Shown: positions 8,450 to 16,794 of the stretch, piece by piece
Position numbering within the stretch: position 1 is the stretch's first letter
How the letters are laid out: each line of letters starts with the position of its first letter
Assembly: GCA_964636085.1 (NCBI GenBank)
Contig: CAZWPQ010000001.1
Location: 73,427 to 137,426, forward strand
Reading direction: 5' to 3'
Source of the DNA: an uncultured Nitrososphaerota archaeon
Lineage (GTDB): Archaea; Asgardarchaeota; Njordarchaeia; Njordarchaeales; Panguiarchaeaceae
DNA length: 64,000 bases
Made by a program: the position numbers and the translations under genes
The notes under the pieces: model-generated
Databases searched by the model: none
Told to the model about the DNA's origin: nothing
The model's input: the letters and a program-made list of their open reading frames with translations, nothing else

Positions 8450-10396
8450 ATGACCGACATACAAAATATAGTGCGGGATAAGGTTGGAACAATATTTGGT
8501 AGGGCGGGAGTTACTCAATTCTCCATGAGGGTTGAGCAGGGAAAATCTATACAAAAGGGACAATTTCTTCTTGTGATGGGTGATGGACGCATATTATTAT
8601 CCCGCGTCATCGATATTGAGACAAGAGTCACCGAGACTATTGGTTTCTGTGAAATACTTGGAGAATGCGAAGACTCTAAACTAAAACAGTGCAACAGGCC
8701 TGTTAGAGCTGGATATGAGATTTATAATCCCTCTGGAGAGTTCCTTAGTAGATTAGTTACAAGAACAACAAGGGAGGAGGGGCTATATATAGGCAAAATT
8801 CTCACGCATCCAGATTTCGTACCAGTCTATTATCGCCCAAAGGATCTCAGAGTCCACGTTCTTGTATCAGCCACAACAGGAGGGGGGAAATCCTACACAC
8901 TATCAGTTTTTATTGAAGAGCTAATTAAGAAAATGAGAAAGAAAAAAAATTTTGCAATAATAATTTTTGATGTCCATGATGAATACTCCGGGCTCGCTGT
9001 CCCTAACCAACATGATAAACAGGTCGAAGCGCTTAAAGAGTATAATTTAGAGCCACAAGGATTTGAAGATGATGTCCTAATATTTGATTGGGAGAATAAC
9101 CCGCCCTATCTCAGCCCGATCTTCTCGCCTGATCGTCTCATGTTCATTTTCTCTATGAAAGAGCTAAGACTTGCCCTCCAACTTAAGCAATTAATGGGGG
9201 AGAAATCCCAAATGCATATTGATGACCTATATAGGCTAGTGGAAATAAGTGATCTACACTTCCAAACAAAGCAGGCCTTGCTCACAAGAATCGGATCGCT
9301 AAGAGCCAGTGGATTCCTATCATATAACTATATCAAGCCCTCGGAATACTGCCAGCCTGGAAAAGTAACTATTTTTAGATTAATCGGTACACCACTTGGC
9401 GATTTGGGTGTACGTTTCTTCGTGGCGGATATCGTCCGCCAAGTATTTGAAGACAAAAAAGCTGGGAGAATTCAGCATAATGTGATTCTTGTTGTCGATG
9501 AGGCCCACTTATTTGCACCGGCAAAAGGTAAGGACGATCCAGTTAAGGAAATCCTTATCCGTGTCGCAAGAGAAGGACGCAAAATGGGTGTCTGGTTGAT
9601 ATTAGCTACACAGTCACCCAGAGATCTAAGCGATGTTATAATAATTAACTGCTCCACAATAATAGCACTAAAGATGCAACGACATGATGTTTCAAAGCTG
9701 AGCCAACTATTTGGAATACCAAAAAAACTTGTCGAAGTACTTACATCCGTTTCTCCAGGCGAATGCTTTATAAAGGCACCATCATTCACAATACCCCTTA
9801 TGGTTAAGGTAAGACCAAGACAATCATCAGAACTTAAAGCAGAATATGTCAATTATGCACAACTAATAAAGAAAGTCGAAGAAATTGCTAAAAAAACCAG
9901 AAATATGATAGCTAAACTAAGAAAGAAAACCCATCCAGAACCCCCACCGCCCCCATCTCCTCCAATAACCCCAAAACCAATAAGACAGACACCAAAACCT
10001 CCTGAGCCCACACCCTCGCGGGTATTTGAGGTAAGAAAAAAATATCAACGACCGCCTAGCCGACTACACAGAGAGACCGCTAAAATAAGAAGGGACGAAG
10101 AGGCTCTTGACTTCGTAGTTGGTATATTGGCAGATCAAATAAAAGGCCATGATTACGCTGCACTTGGTTTAATACGAGCAATTCTTACCTATGGGGCCCT
10201 GGATATTGTTGAGGCCCTTCATTATGCGTCGGAGGATGTTATCGATTCGCTGATAGCTGACGATATAATAAGAATCACAGATTCAAAAATTGTGCTAAAT
10301 CTAGATAAAAGAATAGAGGAGTATACTGGAAAGCGTGCCTCGGATTATCTAATAGAGCTGGCAAAAAGAAAACTTTGGGATCTATTAAAGACCTAA
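8450..10396 (+). CDS. HerA/FtsK-family ATPase with N-terminal HAS barrel, Pro-rich linker and helical C-terminal domain
   Basis: HVLVSATTGGGKSY, IFDVHDEY, VVDEAHLFAP, REGRKMGV.LILATQSP; PEPPPPPSPPITPKP linker. Confidence 0.88.
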   Translation: MTDIQNIVRDKVGTIFGRAGVTQFSMRVEQGKSIQKGQFLLVMGDGRILLSRVIDIETRVTETIGFCEILGECEDSKLKQCNRPVRAGYEIYNPSGEFLSRLVTRTTREEGLYIGKILTHPDFVPVYYRPKDLRVHVLVSATTGGGKSYTLSVFIEELIKKMRKKKNFAIIIFDVHDEYSGLAVPNQHDKQVEALKEYNLEPQGFEDDVLIFDWENNPPYLSPIFSPDRLMFIFSMKELRLALQLKQLMGEKSQMHIDDLYRLVEISDLHFQTKQALLTRIGSLRASGFLSYNYIKPSEYCQPGKVTIFRLIGTPLGDLGVRFFVADIVRQVFEDKKAGRIQHNVILVVDEAHLFAPAKGKDDPVKEILIRVAREGRKMGVWLILATQSPRDLSDVIIINCSTIIALKMQRHDVSKLSQLFGIPKKLVEVLTSVSPGECFIKAPSFTIPLMVKVRPRQSSELKAEYVNYAQLIKKVEEIAKKTRNMIAKLRKKTHPEPPPPPSPPITPKPIRQTPKPPEPTPSRVFEVRKKYQRPPSRLHRETAKIRRDEEALDFVVGILADQIKGHDYAALGLIRAILTYGALDIVEALHYASEDVIDSLIADDIIRITDSKIVLNLDKRIEEYTGKRASDYLIELAKRKLWDLLKT

Positions 10397-10653
10397 TATG
10401 CTGTTCCCTCCAGTTTTATCTTAATGTTTGATGGTGCTATAATTATAAACTCCGCCCCGACCCCAAGAACATTCAGTCTTAACTTATTACCAGCCTCTAA
10501 GATTCTCTTAACTACCTCTCTTCTAACACTTCTACTTTTGAAAGCAGAAAAACTTGCTACTATCACATTTCCTTTTCTGACTTCACTTAATATTCTAATA
10601 AGATCCCTGTGTGTCGAGACCTTTATAGCTACTATCTTCATGCCTCCTTCCAT
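10393..10653 (-). CDS. sepF: cell division protein SepF (archaeal, core domain only)
   Basis: 'DLIRILSEVRKGNVIVASF...GVGAEFIIIAPSNIKI' matches the archaeal SepF pattern. Confidence 0.75.
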   Translation of the reverse strand: MEGGMKIVAIKVSTHRDLIRILSEVRKGNVIVASFSAFKSRSVRREVVKRILEAGNKLRLNVLGVGAEFIIIAPSNIKIKLEGTAY

Positions 10654-10732
10654 AAATCCCCCAATTATTTTTTTAAGTTAATGATTATAAACCAAGATAA
10701 TATCTGTAGAATATCATGCTGGTGCAATAGCA

Positions 10733-11440
10733 TTGCGACTCAAAATACTAAAGCAACCATCTCAAAGACAAGACTGTATTGTAGGTATAGACGAGGCGGG
10801 GAGAGGGCCCGTCATTGGTCCAATGGTAATTGCTGGTGTTGCTGCTAACGAAGAAACAATCAAAGAGTTAGAGGCCATAGGAGTCGCTGATTCTAAGACA
10901 ATCGCACCAACAAAGAGAAGTGAACTATTTGATAAGATATTATCCATGGTGGATGGCGCAGCTGTTGTTTATGTGGAACCAAAAACAATGGATCGTTGGG
11001 TTCAAAGAAAGGGACTAAATGTTCTAGAAGCAAAAGCTATGGCTACAATAATGACAATGTTTAGGCATGCAAAATTATATATATTGGATACTCCATCATC
11101 CCCAAGAAAATTTAGGGAATATGTAACAAAATTCTCTAATATAGAGCCAAGTAGAATACTATTTGAACCAAAGGCCGATATGAAATATACTATAGTTGCG
11201 GCGGCCAGCATTATTGCTAAGGTACTGAGAGACGCCGAGATTACCGAGATTAAAAGACAAACTGGAGTCGATTTTGGAAGCGGATACCCATCAGACCCCA
11301 AAACCATTCAACAACTAGAAACAATATTAAGAATACGGCCCGAGGTAGTAAGAAAAAGCTGGAAAACAACAAAAAAAGTCTCAAATAAAAAGCTTGACGA
11401 ATTCATCAACCCAACTAATAAACCAAGAGGTGATTCTTAG
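10733..11440 (+). CDS. rnhB: ribonuclease HII
   Basis: GIDEAGRGPVIGPMV, DSK, KAD..Y..VAAASIIAKV.RD, GSGYPSDPKT. Confidence 0.98.
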   Translation: MRLKILKQPSQRQDCIVGIDEAGRGPVIGPMVIAGVAANEETIKELEAIGVADSKTIAPTKRSELFDKILSMVDGAAVVYVEPKTMDRWVQRKGLNVLEAKAMATIMTMFRHAKLYILDTPSSPRKFREYVTKFSNIEPSRILFEPKADMKYTIVAAASIIAKVLRDAEITEIKRQTGVDFGSGYPSDPKTIQQLETILRIRPEVVRKSWKTTKKVSNKKLDEFINPTNKPRGDS

Positions 11441-11660
11441 CTAACTTGGACTTAAATTTCTCCATTTCTATGATCGTACAAAGTAAAAGAAGTTTACATC
11501 TACCCTCAAATACAAACTCTCTCGATCTAAAATCATAAAAAAGCGCCCCACGCCCATCTACACACCTGCAGACCTGTTCGCGTGATACTATAGCTATTTT
11601 TGCGCCTCCACGAACTATAAATTTTTCCTCTTCCATTTGGCCACCTATACAAATCACCAC
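11415..11660 (-). CDS. small Cys-containing hypothetical protein
   Basis: Fills the gap between rnhB and rpl21e; GGTGG SD-like element before internal MEEEK start. Confidence 0.45.
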   Translation of the reverse strand: MVICIGGQMEEEKFIVRGGAKIAIVSREQVCRCVDGRGALFYDFRSREFVFEGRCKLLLLCTIIEMEKFKSKLAKNHLLVY

Positions 11661-11690
11661 ACATAATCATGATATCCTATATTAAAATGA

Positions 11691-11708
11691 GTAATACATG
11701 TGTATTAC
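11691..11708. promoter_or_regulatory. palindrome GTAATACA-TG-TGTATTAC, candidate operator
   Basis: 8-bp inverted arms upstream of the small ORF; same TAATAC-N4-GTATTA geometry as the 5363 site. Confidence 0.45.
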
Positions 11709-11754
11709 CATTCATTTCATTGAAAAAGAGGGTATATGAAAAGTAAAAACAATT

Positions 11755-12066
11755 TCAACGTTTAGAGGTAAATTTAATGCCCATAGGCCTTATATGCTCT
11801 GGTCTAGCAATGATTTTCTTATATTTGCCTCCATCCCTGACTAGTATAACATAGGCTTTGCCTCTTTTCTCAATGATCTCCCCTACCTTCCCATGAAACC
11901 TTTTATAGGGCATGCCCTTATGTATGCTTGGATCAATCTTTATTACTACCTTCTCGCCTATACCGTACTGGTATAGGATTGCAGACATCGGAGGTAGTCC
12001 CCGCTCCTTGCATCTCTTGGATAGTAACTTTCTTGTGCGTGACCGTGGACCTTTAGAGTGCCTCAT
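11755..12066 (-). CDS. rpl21e: 50S ribosomal protein L21e
   Basis: SKGPRSRTRKLL, IDPSIHKGMPYKRFHGKVG, RPEHIRP. Confidence 0.98.
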   Translation of the reverse strand: MRHSKGPRSRTRKLLSKRCKERGLPPMSAILYQYGIGEKVVIKIDPSIHKGMPYKRFHGKVGEIIEKRGKAYVILVRDGGKYKKIIARPEHIRPMGIKFTSKR

Positions 12067-12575
12067 TGTTTGCTCACCATTCTATATGCTTCGATTAGGT
12101 CCATATCTTCATCCTTAATTATTGTTTTTAAAATCTTGTACATCAGTTCTCGCTTTATAGCAAATAGCTTTGTTATATCTTTTAGTAGTATAGCAATCAA
12201 ATCATGTACTCCCCTATCTTCATCAACATTGACAACGGAGGGCATTTTGTCCACAAAGAAAGTCATGTCAAGACTTCCCTTCTTAAAAACTATGACGCCT
12301 CGCTCTCTTAATAGTTTCGAAATGACCTCTTGGGAGTCGTCATCCACGGGGTCAAGAAAGGCTATATAGTCGACTGAACCACTCGAAATTTCAGGGGGAG
12401 GTGATACTTTCGACACGCTGAAAATATATACTCCTATTTCCTTTTTGTTAGAAGCCTCCAAATAAACTTTTTGTAATCTACCACTAAGCTTTGTTAGTTT
12501 TAAGACCTCGAAAAAAATTTCTCGTATTAATTCCATAATTTTATCGTTAGCTACAATTGCGAAGCAATACTCCAT
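12063..12575 (-). CDS. highly diverged IorB/2-oxoacid oxidoreductase gamma-like protein
   Basis: 'SPPPEISSGSVDYIAFLDP...LLRERGVIVF' resembles IorB 'SPLIP.G.AD.LLALEP...LKPGGVVIV'; GxGGQG loop absent. Confidence 0.55.
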   Translation of the reverse strand: MEYCFAIVANDKIMELIREIFFEVLKLTKLSGRLQKVYLEASNKKEIGVYIFSVSKVSPPPEISSGSVDYIAFLDPVDDDSQEVISKLLRERGVIVFKKGSLDMTFFVDKMPSVVNVDEDRGVHDLIAILLKDITKLFAIKRELMYKILKTIIKDEDMDLIEAYRMVSKQ

Positions 12576-12584
12576 CCTTAGTCC

Positions 12585-13943
12585 CTATACAAAAACTACT
12601 ATTAATTTCCTTTTTTTGACTGCCTTTTTAATTTCTTCCTCATAGTCATCGCTTATTATCTGTGCCCTTGACCCTATTACTTCTGATATACTCTTTTCGA
12701 TTGGCCTATAGCTCCCCTCAGGGACAAACTCTGTCGAAAGAACAAAAATAATTTTTGCCTCAAGACCCATAAATTCCTGTATTGATTCTCCTAACTCTGC
12801 AAATTGGGATATATGAGAGACAACAATTAATGTTCTCTTCCCAGAATCCACTAGTTTTGTATATAGATCCATAAAATCATCCACATATTCTGCACTTGAA
12901 TCAATCTCTATTGGCTTAACAACAATAACCTCGGCCTCATGCAATATTTCTTTTACGATGCTTACAGCCTCGCTAGCCCTACCGCTATATATTTTGACCT
13001 CACTTCTCAGTTTCACTCCTTCGACAGCTTCATAATACCCTCTACCCAGAACATTCATTATCTGATTATACAGGATATCGCCTAGACTTGGAGTAGAAGA
13101 TTCTAATGCTTCTATATTCGTAATGTTCGGTATCCTGTTCAGTTCACCCCTCTCTATAAGCTCTTGAGATATCATTCTCAGATAACTCGATACAAGACCA
13201 CTCAAGCTTATAATGTTGTTATGTTTAAGCATTATGTTTCTGAGATAACGACGGATCCTATTATTTAATTCTACAATACCATAAATCGTAAGATCTTTCT
13301 GCATATTCGCCCTACTAACAATATCAAGCACATAATTGATACACGAACCTATACCAATAATTGCTGTTTTCCCCGAACCTACGCACAAGTTAAACGACAA
13401 TTCGTTTGATGAGACGCCACGCTCGATGGACGCGAAATCTATTTCCTCCTCAAATATCTCTAGATTAATTATATCGGGCTCACAAACCGATACAATTACA
13501 GGTCTTTGTCTACCAGAGAAAACCTTAGTTGCTAAGGCAACCATCGTCGGGAAATTTGGAGGAAGATATATGGGGAGGTTCTTATCAATAGCCAGCTTTA
13601 TTAATGTATTGAGGGCTTCTCTGCTTCCACACAATATATTTAGATATATGTTCTTGTTCTCATTTTGCTCTAAAATGGGTACCATCTTCTCTACAATGTA
13701 GAATATATTGTAGACATTGTGTTTCTCTGCAGACATAATCGCTATAGAGTCGCCTTCCGACTTCATTATACGTACAAACATCGCATAGGGATTTGGAACA
13801 TATATTTTTCTTATTTTTCCTAGCATGATCCTGTTGGATATTTTGAGGGATATTGGATCCATATTTACATAAAATACTTCAACCCCATAGCGAGAAGCTA
13901 TGCGTTCTAGCATACTTGGAACTGACTGCCTATCCTTACCCAA
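12585..13943 (-). CDS. highly diverged IorA-like (indolepyruvate oxidoreductase alpha) protein
   Basis: N-terminal Pyr-domain-like pattern and 'GSGKTAIIGIGSCINYVLDIV' domain II pattern; no GYPG, GDS/GDG TPP motif or ferredoxin Cys. Confidence 0.5.
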   Translation of the reverse strand: MGKDRQSVPSMLERIASRYGVEVFYVNMDPISLKISNRIMLGKIRKIYVPNPYAMFVRIMKSEGDSIAIMSAEKHNVYNIFYIVEKMVPILEQNENKNIYLNILCGSREALNTLIKLAIDKNLPIYLPPNFPTMVALATKVFSGRQRPVIVSVCEPDIINLEIFEEEIDFASIERGVSSNELSFNLCVGSGKTAIIGIGSCINYVLDIVSRANMQKDLTIYGIVELNNRIRRYLRNIMLKHNNIISLSGLVSSYLRMISQELIERGELNRIPNITNIEALESSTPSLGDILYNQIMNVLGRGYYEAVEGVKLRSEVKIYSGRASEAVSIVKEILHEAEVIVVKPIEIDSSAEYVDDFMDLYTKLVDSGKRTLIVVSHISQFAELGESIQEFMGLEAKIIFVLSTEFVPEGSYRPIEKSISEVIGSRAQIISDDYEEEIKKAVKKRKLIVVFV

Positions 13944-14004
13944 AATTTAGCACCCATAAATAAATTTATTCCCAAAAATTAAAAACAATGATACACAGGC
14001 CTCA

Positions 14005-14901
14005 TCACGTTAGAATCTCCGCAGAGTTTGTTTTCACGAGAATTGTATGCTCAAACTGAGAAACCCATCTTCTCTCAGACTCTATGAGCGTCGGATATGC
14101 CCTTATCCTTCCTTCATAAAATTTTTCAATTAATACCCTCTCAAGTCTCTCTCTAAATATGGGGTCCATTCTTGCTTTGCCTATCCACCTTAACGTAAAT
14201 GGTAGCTTGTCAAACATTTTATATAGGGTCTCTAAGATCCTATCCCCTTGGTGATTGCGTATGGAGAATATAAACACTCTTGTCATATCTGGATTCGTTG
14301 AACTATCCTTACCTACTGGAATCAAAAATGGCTCTATTGCTATAATCATATTTTCCTTGAGTTTTGGCGAGAACATACGTGGAACATTAGGAATTGTTAT
14401 TCCCGAGTGTAGATTCCACTTATCTATTGAGTGCCCACCTAGGTCAGCTAGAACCCCAAACCCCCTGTCATGGGCAATTTTCCAAATAAGCTCCCCGATG
14501 AACCCCACTCTTACACCAGCCTTTACATGTTCAATAGCTACACTTAATGCTTCTTTCGTAGCACGTATTAATTCCACTAATTTCTTATCAATACCTATGC
14601 CTACTGTTATTGCTGTATCTGCTATGGCTCCGTCATCCATAAGTACTCCTAGATCCACCTTTACCAATGCTTTGTTTGGTATTGTAGTCCTGTCGCCGGG
14701 AGGCGATGTATAATGCGCAGCAACTTCGTTTATACTAATGTTTGCAGGGAAGGCAGGTCTGGCGCCTTCATCCCTTATCATCTGCTCTATTTTTTCACAT
14801 AATTCCAATACTTTTTTGCCGGGCCTAATTTCCTTTTCAATGCTTGATAAAATTTTATGGGCTATCTCACCAGCCTTGTACCAGGTCTCAGAAACACTCA
14901 T
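14005..14901 (-). CDS. map: methionine aminopeptidase type II
   Basis: AFPANISINEVAAHYT, KVDLGV, IADTAIT, GGHSI, AIEPF, SQFEHT. Confidence 0.97.
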   Translation of the reverse strand: MSVSETWYKAGEIAHKILSSIEKEIRPGKKVLELCEKIEQMIRDEGARPAFPANISINEVAAHYTSPPGDRTTIPNKALVKVDLGVLMDDGAIADTAITVGIGIDKKLVELIRATKEALSVAIEHVKAGVRVGFIGELIWKIAHDRGFGVLADLGGHSIDKWNLHSGITIPNVPRMFSPKLKENMIIAIEPFLIPVGKDSSTNPDMTRVFIFSIRNHQGDRILETLYKMFDKLPFTLRWIGKARMDPIFRERLERVLIEKFYEGRIRAYPTLIESERRWVSQFEHTILVKTNSAEILT

Positions 14902-15929
14902 AGGGATTCATCCAGTATTAATAATTCCTTTATTTCAGTGGGGGCCAAGCCATAATATATGGATTCCGCTATAGCCTTTAGGTTTCTGTACTCAAATTCG
15001 AAAAGCCTAATGATTCCATATACATATGTGAAATGTATTGGAAATTTGTGTAACATTGCAAGAATCTTGCGCATAATAATCCTCCCACCTAAACTCTTTG
15101 CTTTTATGTCAGACCCAACAAGGTAATACTCGGCCACGTCCTTATAGGGTTCAGGCACCATTTTCATAATGACCTCAGTTTCTAGACCATAGGCTTTCTT
15201 AAGGCTCTCCAAACTAACCTTGTACTCGTAAGGAATCAACATATCCCACGCAATACTGGGCGAGTATCCATAGAGCAGTGGTCCAATAGCTATCGCGATG
15301 TTTGTAATATCTATCTCGGTACCAATAATTTCGCCCAGACTATCCCTATCCTCTTCTTCTAAATGTTCAAGGGCTCTAATATACTTGATATAATACTGTC
15401 TACGTAATGCCATCTCTATTATGTATATGGTTCTATACTTTTTCCACAAGTCGATATATGCCTTATCTATGTTAAATGGAGGATAAGCTAACTGGTCAAC
15501 ACAAGCATCTACTGTTTCTGCTTTTAGAAACCTTCCTATGTCCACTTTTGTAAAGGGAAGAACATAATAATCCCGCGACTTATGCTCTATCCCCGCCATT
15601 TTCTCCGAGATTACCTCTAAGACGCCATCAATATCGAATCGAAATAGGTGGGTTTCCATTAGGTCTCTAGCATTACCTGGCAGAACTTTAATAAACCGTT
15701 CTGCGATATCAGAAAAATAACTTTTGAAGCCATTAACTAGGCTCTCTAATGTTACTTCTGCCAGCTGAACCATATAGTCCCTATACCGTGTCAATTGTAG
15801 AAAACCGACCAGTTCCTCCAAAGACTTGGAATTTATTAAGTCTCTCTTTATTGTCTCGAGGGGTATTAAGTATGTTCTATATGCATGGGCTCTCGTAGAG
15901 GCATATACTATATCTATCTCATGCATCAC
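14898..15929 (-). CDS. atpC: A/V-type ATP synthase subunit C (Vo d-like)
   Basis: YASTRAHA N-term, GTEIDITNI, EFEYRNLKAI; ATPase gene context. Confidence 0.85.
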   Translation of the reverse strand: MMHEIDIVYASTRAHAYRTYLIPLETIKRDLINSKSLEELVGFLQLTRYRDYMVQLAEVTLESLVNGFKSYFSDIAERFIKVLPGNARDLMETHLFRFDIDGVLEVISEKMAGIEHKSRDYYVLPFTKVDIGRFLKAETVDACVDQLAYPPFNIDKAYIDLWKKYRTIYIIEMALRRQYYIKYIRALEHLEEEDRDSLGEIIGTEIDITNIAIAIGPLLYGYSPSIAWDMLIPYEYKVSLESLKKAYGLETEVIMKMVPEPYKDVAEYYLVGSDIKAKSLGGRIIMRKILAMLHKFPIHFTYVYGIIRLFEFEYRNLKAIAESIYYGLAPTEIKELLILDESL

Positions 15930-16558
15930 AATCCCTCCCCAACACCAGTAATTAGCACCCTCAAGGAAGATAACTCCGCAATGAAAAATTCAGACAACAT
16001 AGACAACACATAAGATATTTTTTCCTTTAAGCTAGGTATAACCACCTTATCCAACGTATTAACTATCCTATTAGTGACTTCAAGCTCCCTCAACAACAAC
16101 TCTATCTTCACAAAAATCGAGGCCAATCTCAGAATATCTGGAATAGACAATTTCAGCTTCTTCGCCAATGCTCTAATACCCTCTGGAAACCTATCCTTGA
16201 GCTCTGGAAACTCTTCTACCTCAAATACAGGAACTAGAATACCTCTCTCCGAAATGTATCTTACGGATATTTTCAGCTTTCCTTTTTGGATCAATGCATA
16301 AATTCTCAAACTCCTACCGTAGACTATAGCTGTCGCCAGTACAAACTTCATCAGCTCTATCAATTCTCTCTTTAGGAATAAAATTACCTCTTTCATCTCC
16401 TCAATAGTCTTTTTAATCGCACTTTGAAGGGAGTCCCTCTTCTTCTCAAGAATTCTCTTAGAGAAATCAACTAGCCTAAGTTTTTTCCTTAGTTCCAATA
16501 AGAAAATTTTTGTAGGGAGTACATACTCAGAGCTCATACTACCTTCTCCCCCACCCAA
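15926..16558 (-). CDS. atpD: A/V-type ATP synthase subunit D
   Basis: PTKIFLLELRKKL...ILEKKRDSL; LLRELEVTNRIVNTLDKVVIP. Confidence 0.9.
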   Translation of the reverse strand: MGGGEGSMSSEYVLPTKIFLLELRKKLRLVDFSKRILEKKRDSLQSAIKKTIEEMKEVILFLKRELIELMKFVLATAIVYGRSLRIYALIQKGKLKISVRYISERGILVPVFEVEEFPELKDRFPEGIRALAKKLKLSIPDILRLASIFVKIELLLRELEVTNRIVNTLDKVVIPSLKEKISYVLSMLSEFFIAELSSLRVLITGVGEGL

Positions 16559-16781
16559 AAATAATTACCGCTAGAACCAATGGCAACACGGAAGCTATCA
16601 TCACCCCAACAATAATCACCAAGATAGGATTCAACCTTATTTTTGTCATGAGTATTAGGTATATTCCTAACACCTGTATGGAAACTAATAATAGGAAATA
16701 TGTGATGGCCAGTCTTATGTTCCTTCTCTTGTATTCTTCCTCCTCCATAGATCCATAATTCCATGCTAATGCGAACTGCAT
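16539..16781 (-). CDS. small two-TM membrane protein inside the ATPase cluster
   Basis: Two hydrophobic helices flanked by KRR and GRR; ATG at 16781 (or 16748) just after the atpI stop; overlaps atpD start. Confidence 0.65.
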   Translation of the reverse strand: MQFALAWNYGSMEEEEYKRRNIRLAITYFLLLVSIQVLGIYLILMTKIRLNPILVIIVGVMIASVLPLVLAVIIFGWGRR

Positions 16782-16794
16782 GCCTATCCTTTCT

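Noticed and set aside
9935-10020. C-rich low-complexity tract
   Set aside because: Explained by the Pro-rich linker codons of the ATPase; not an independent repeat
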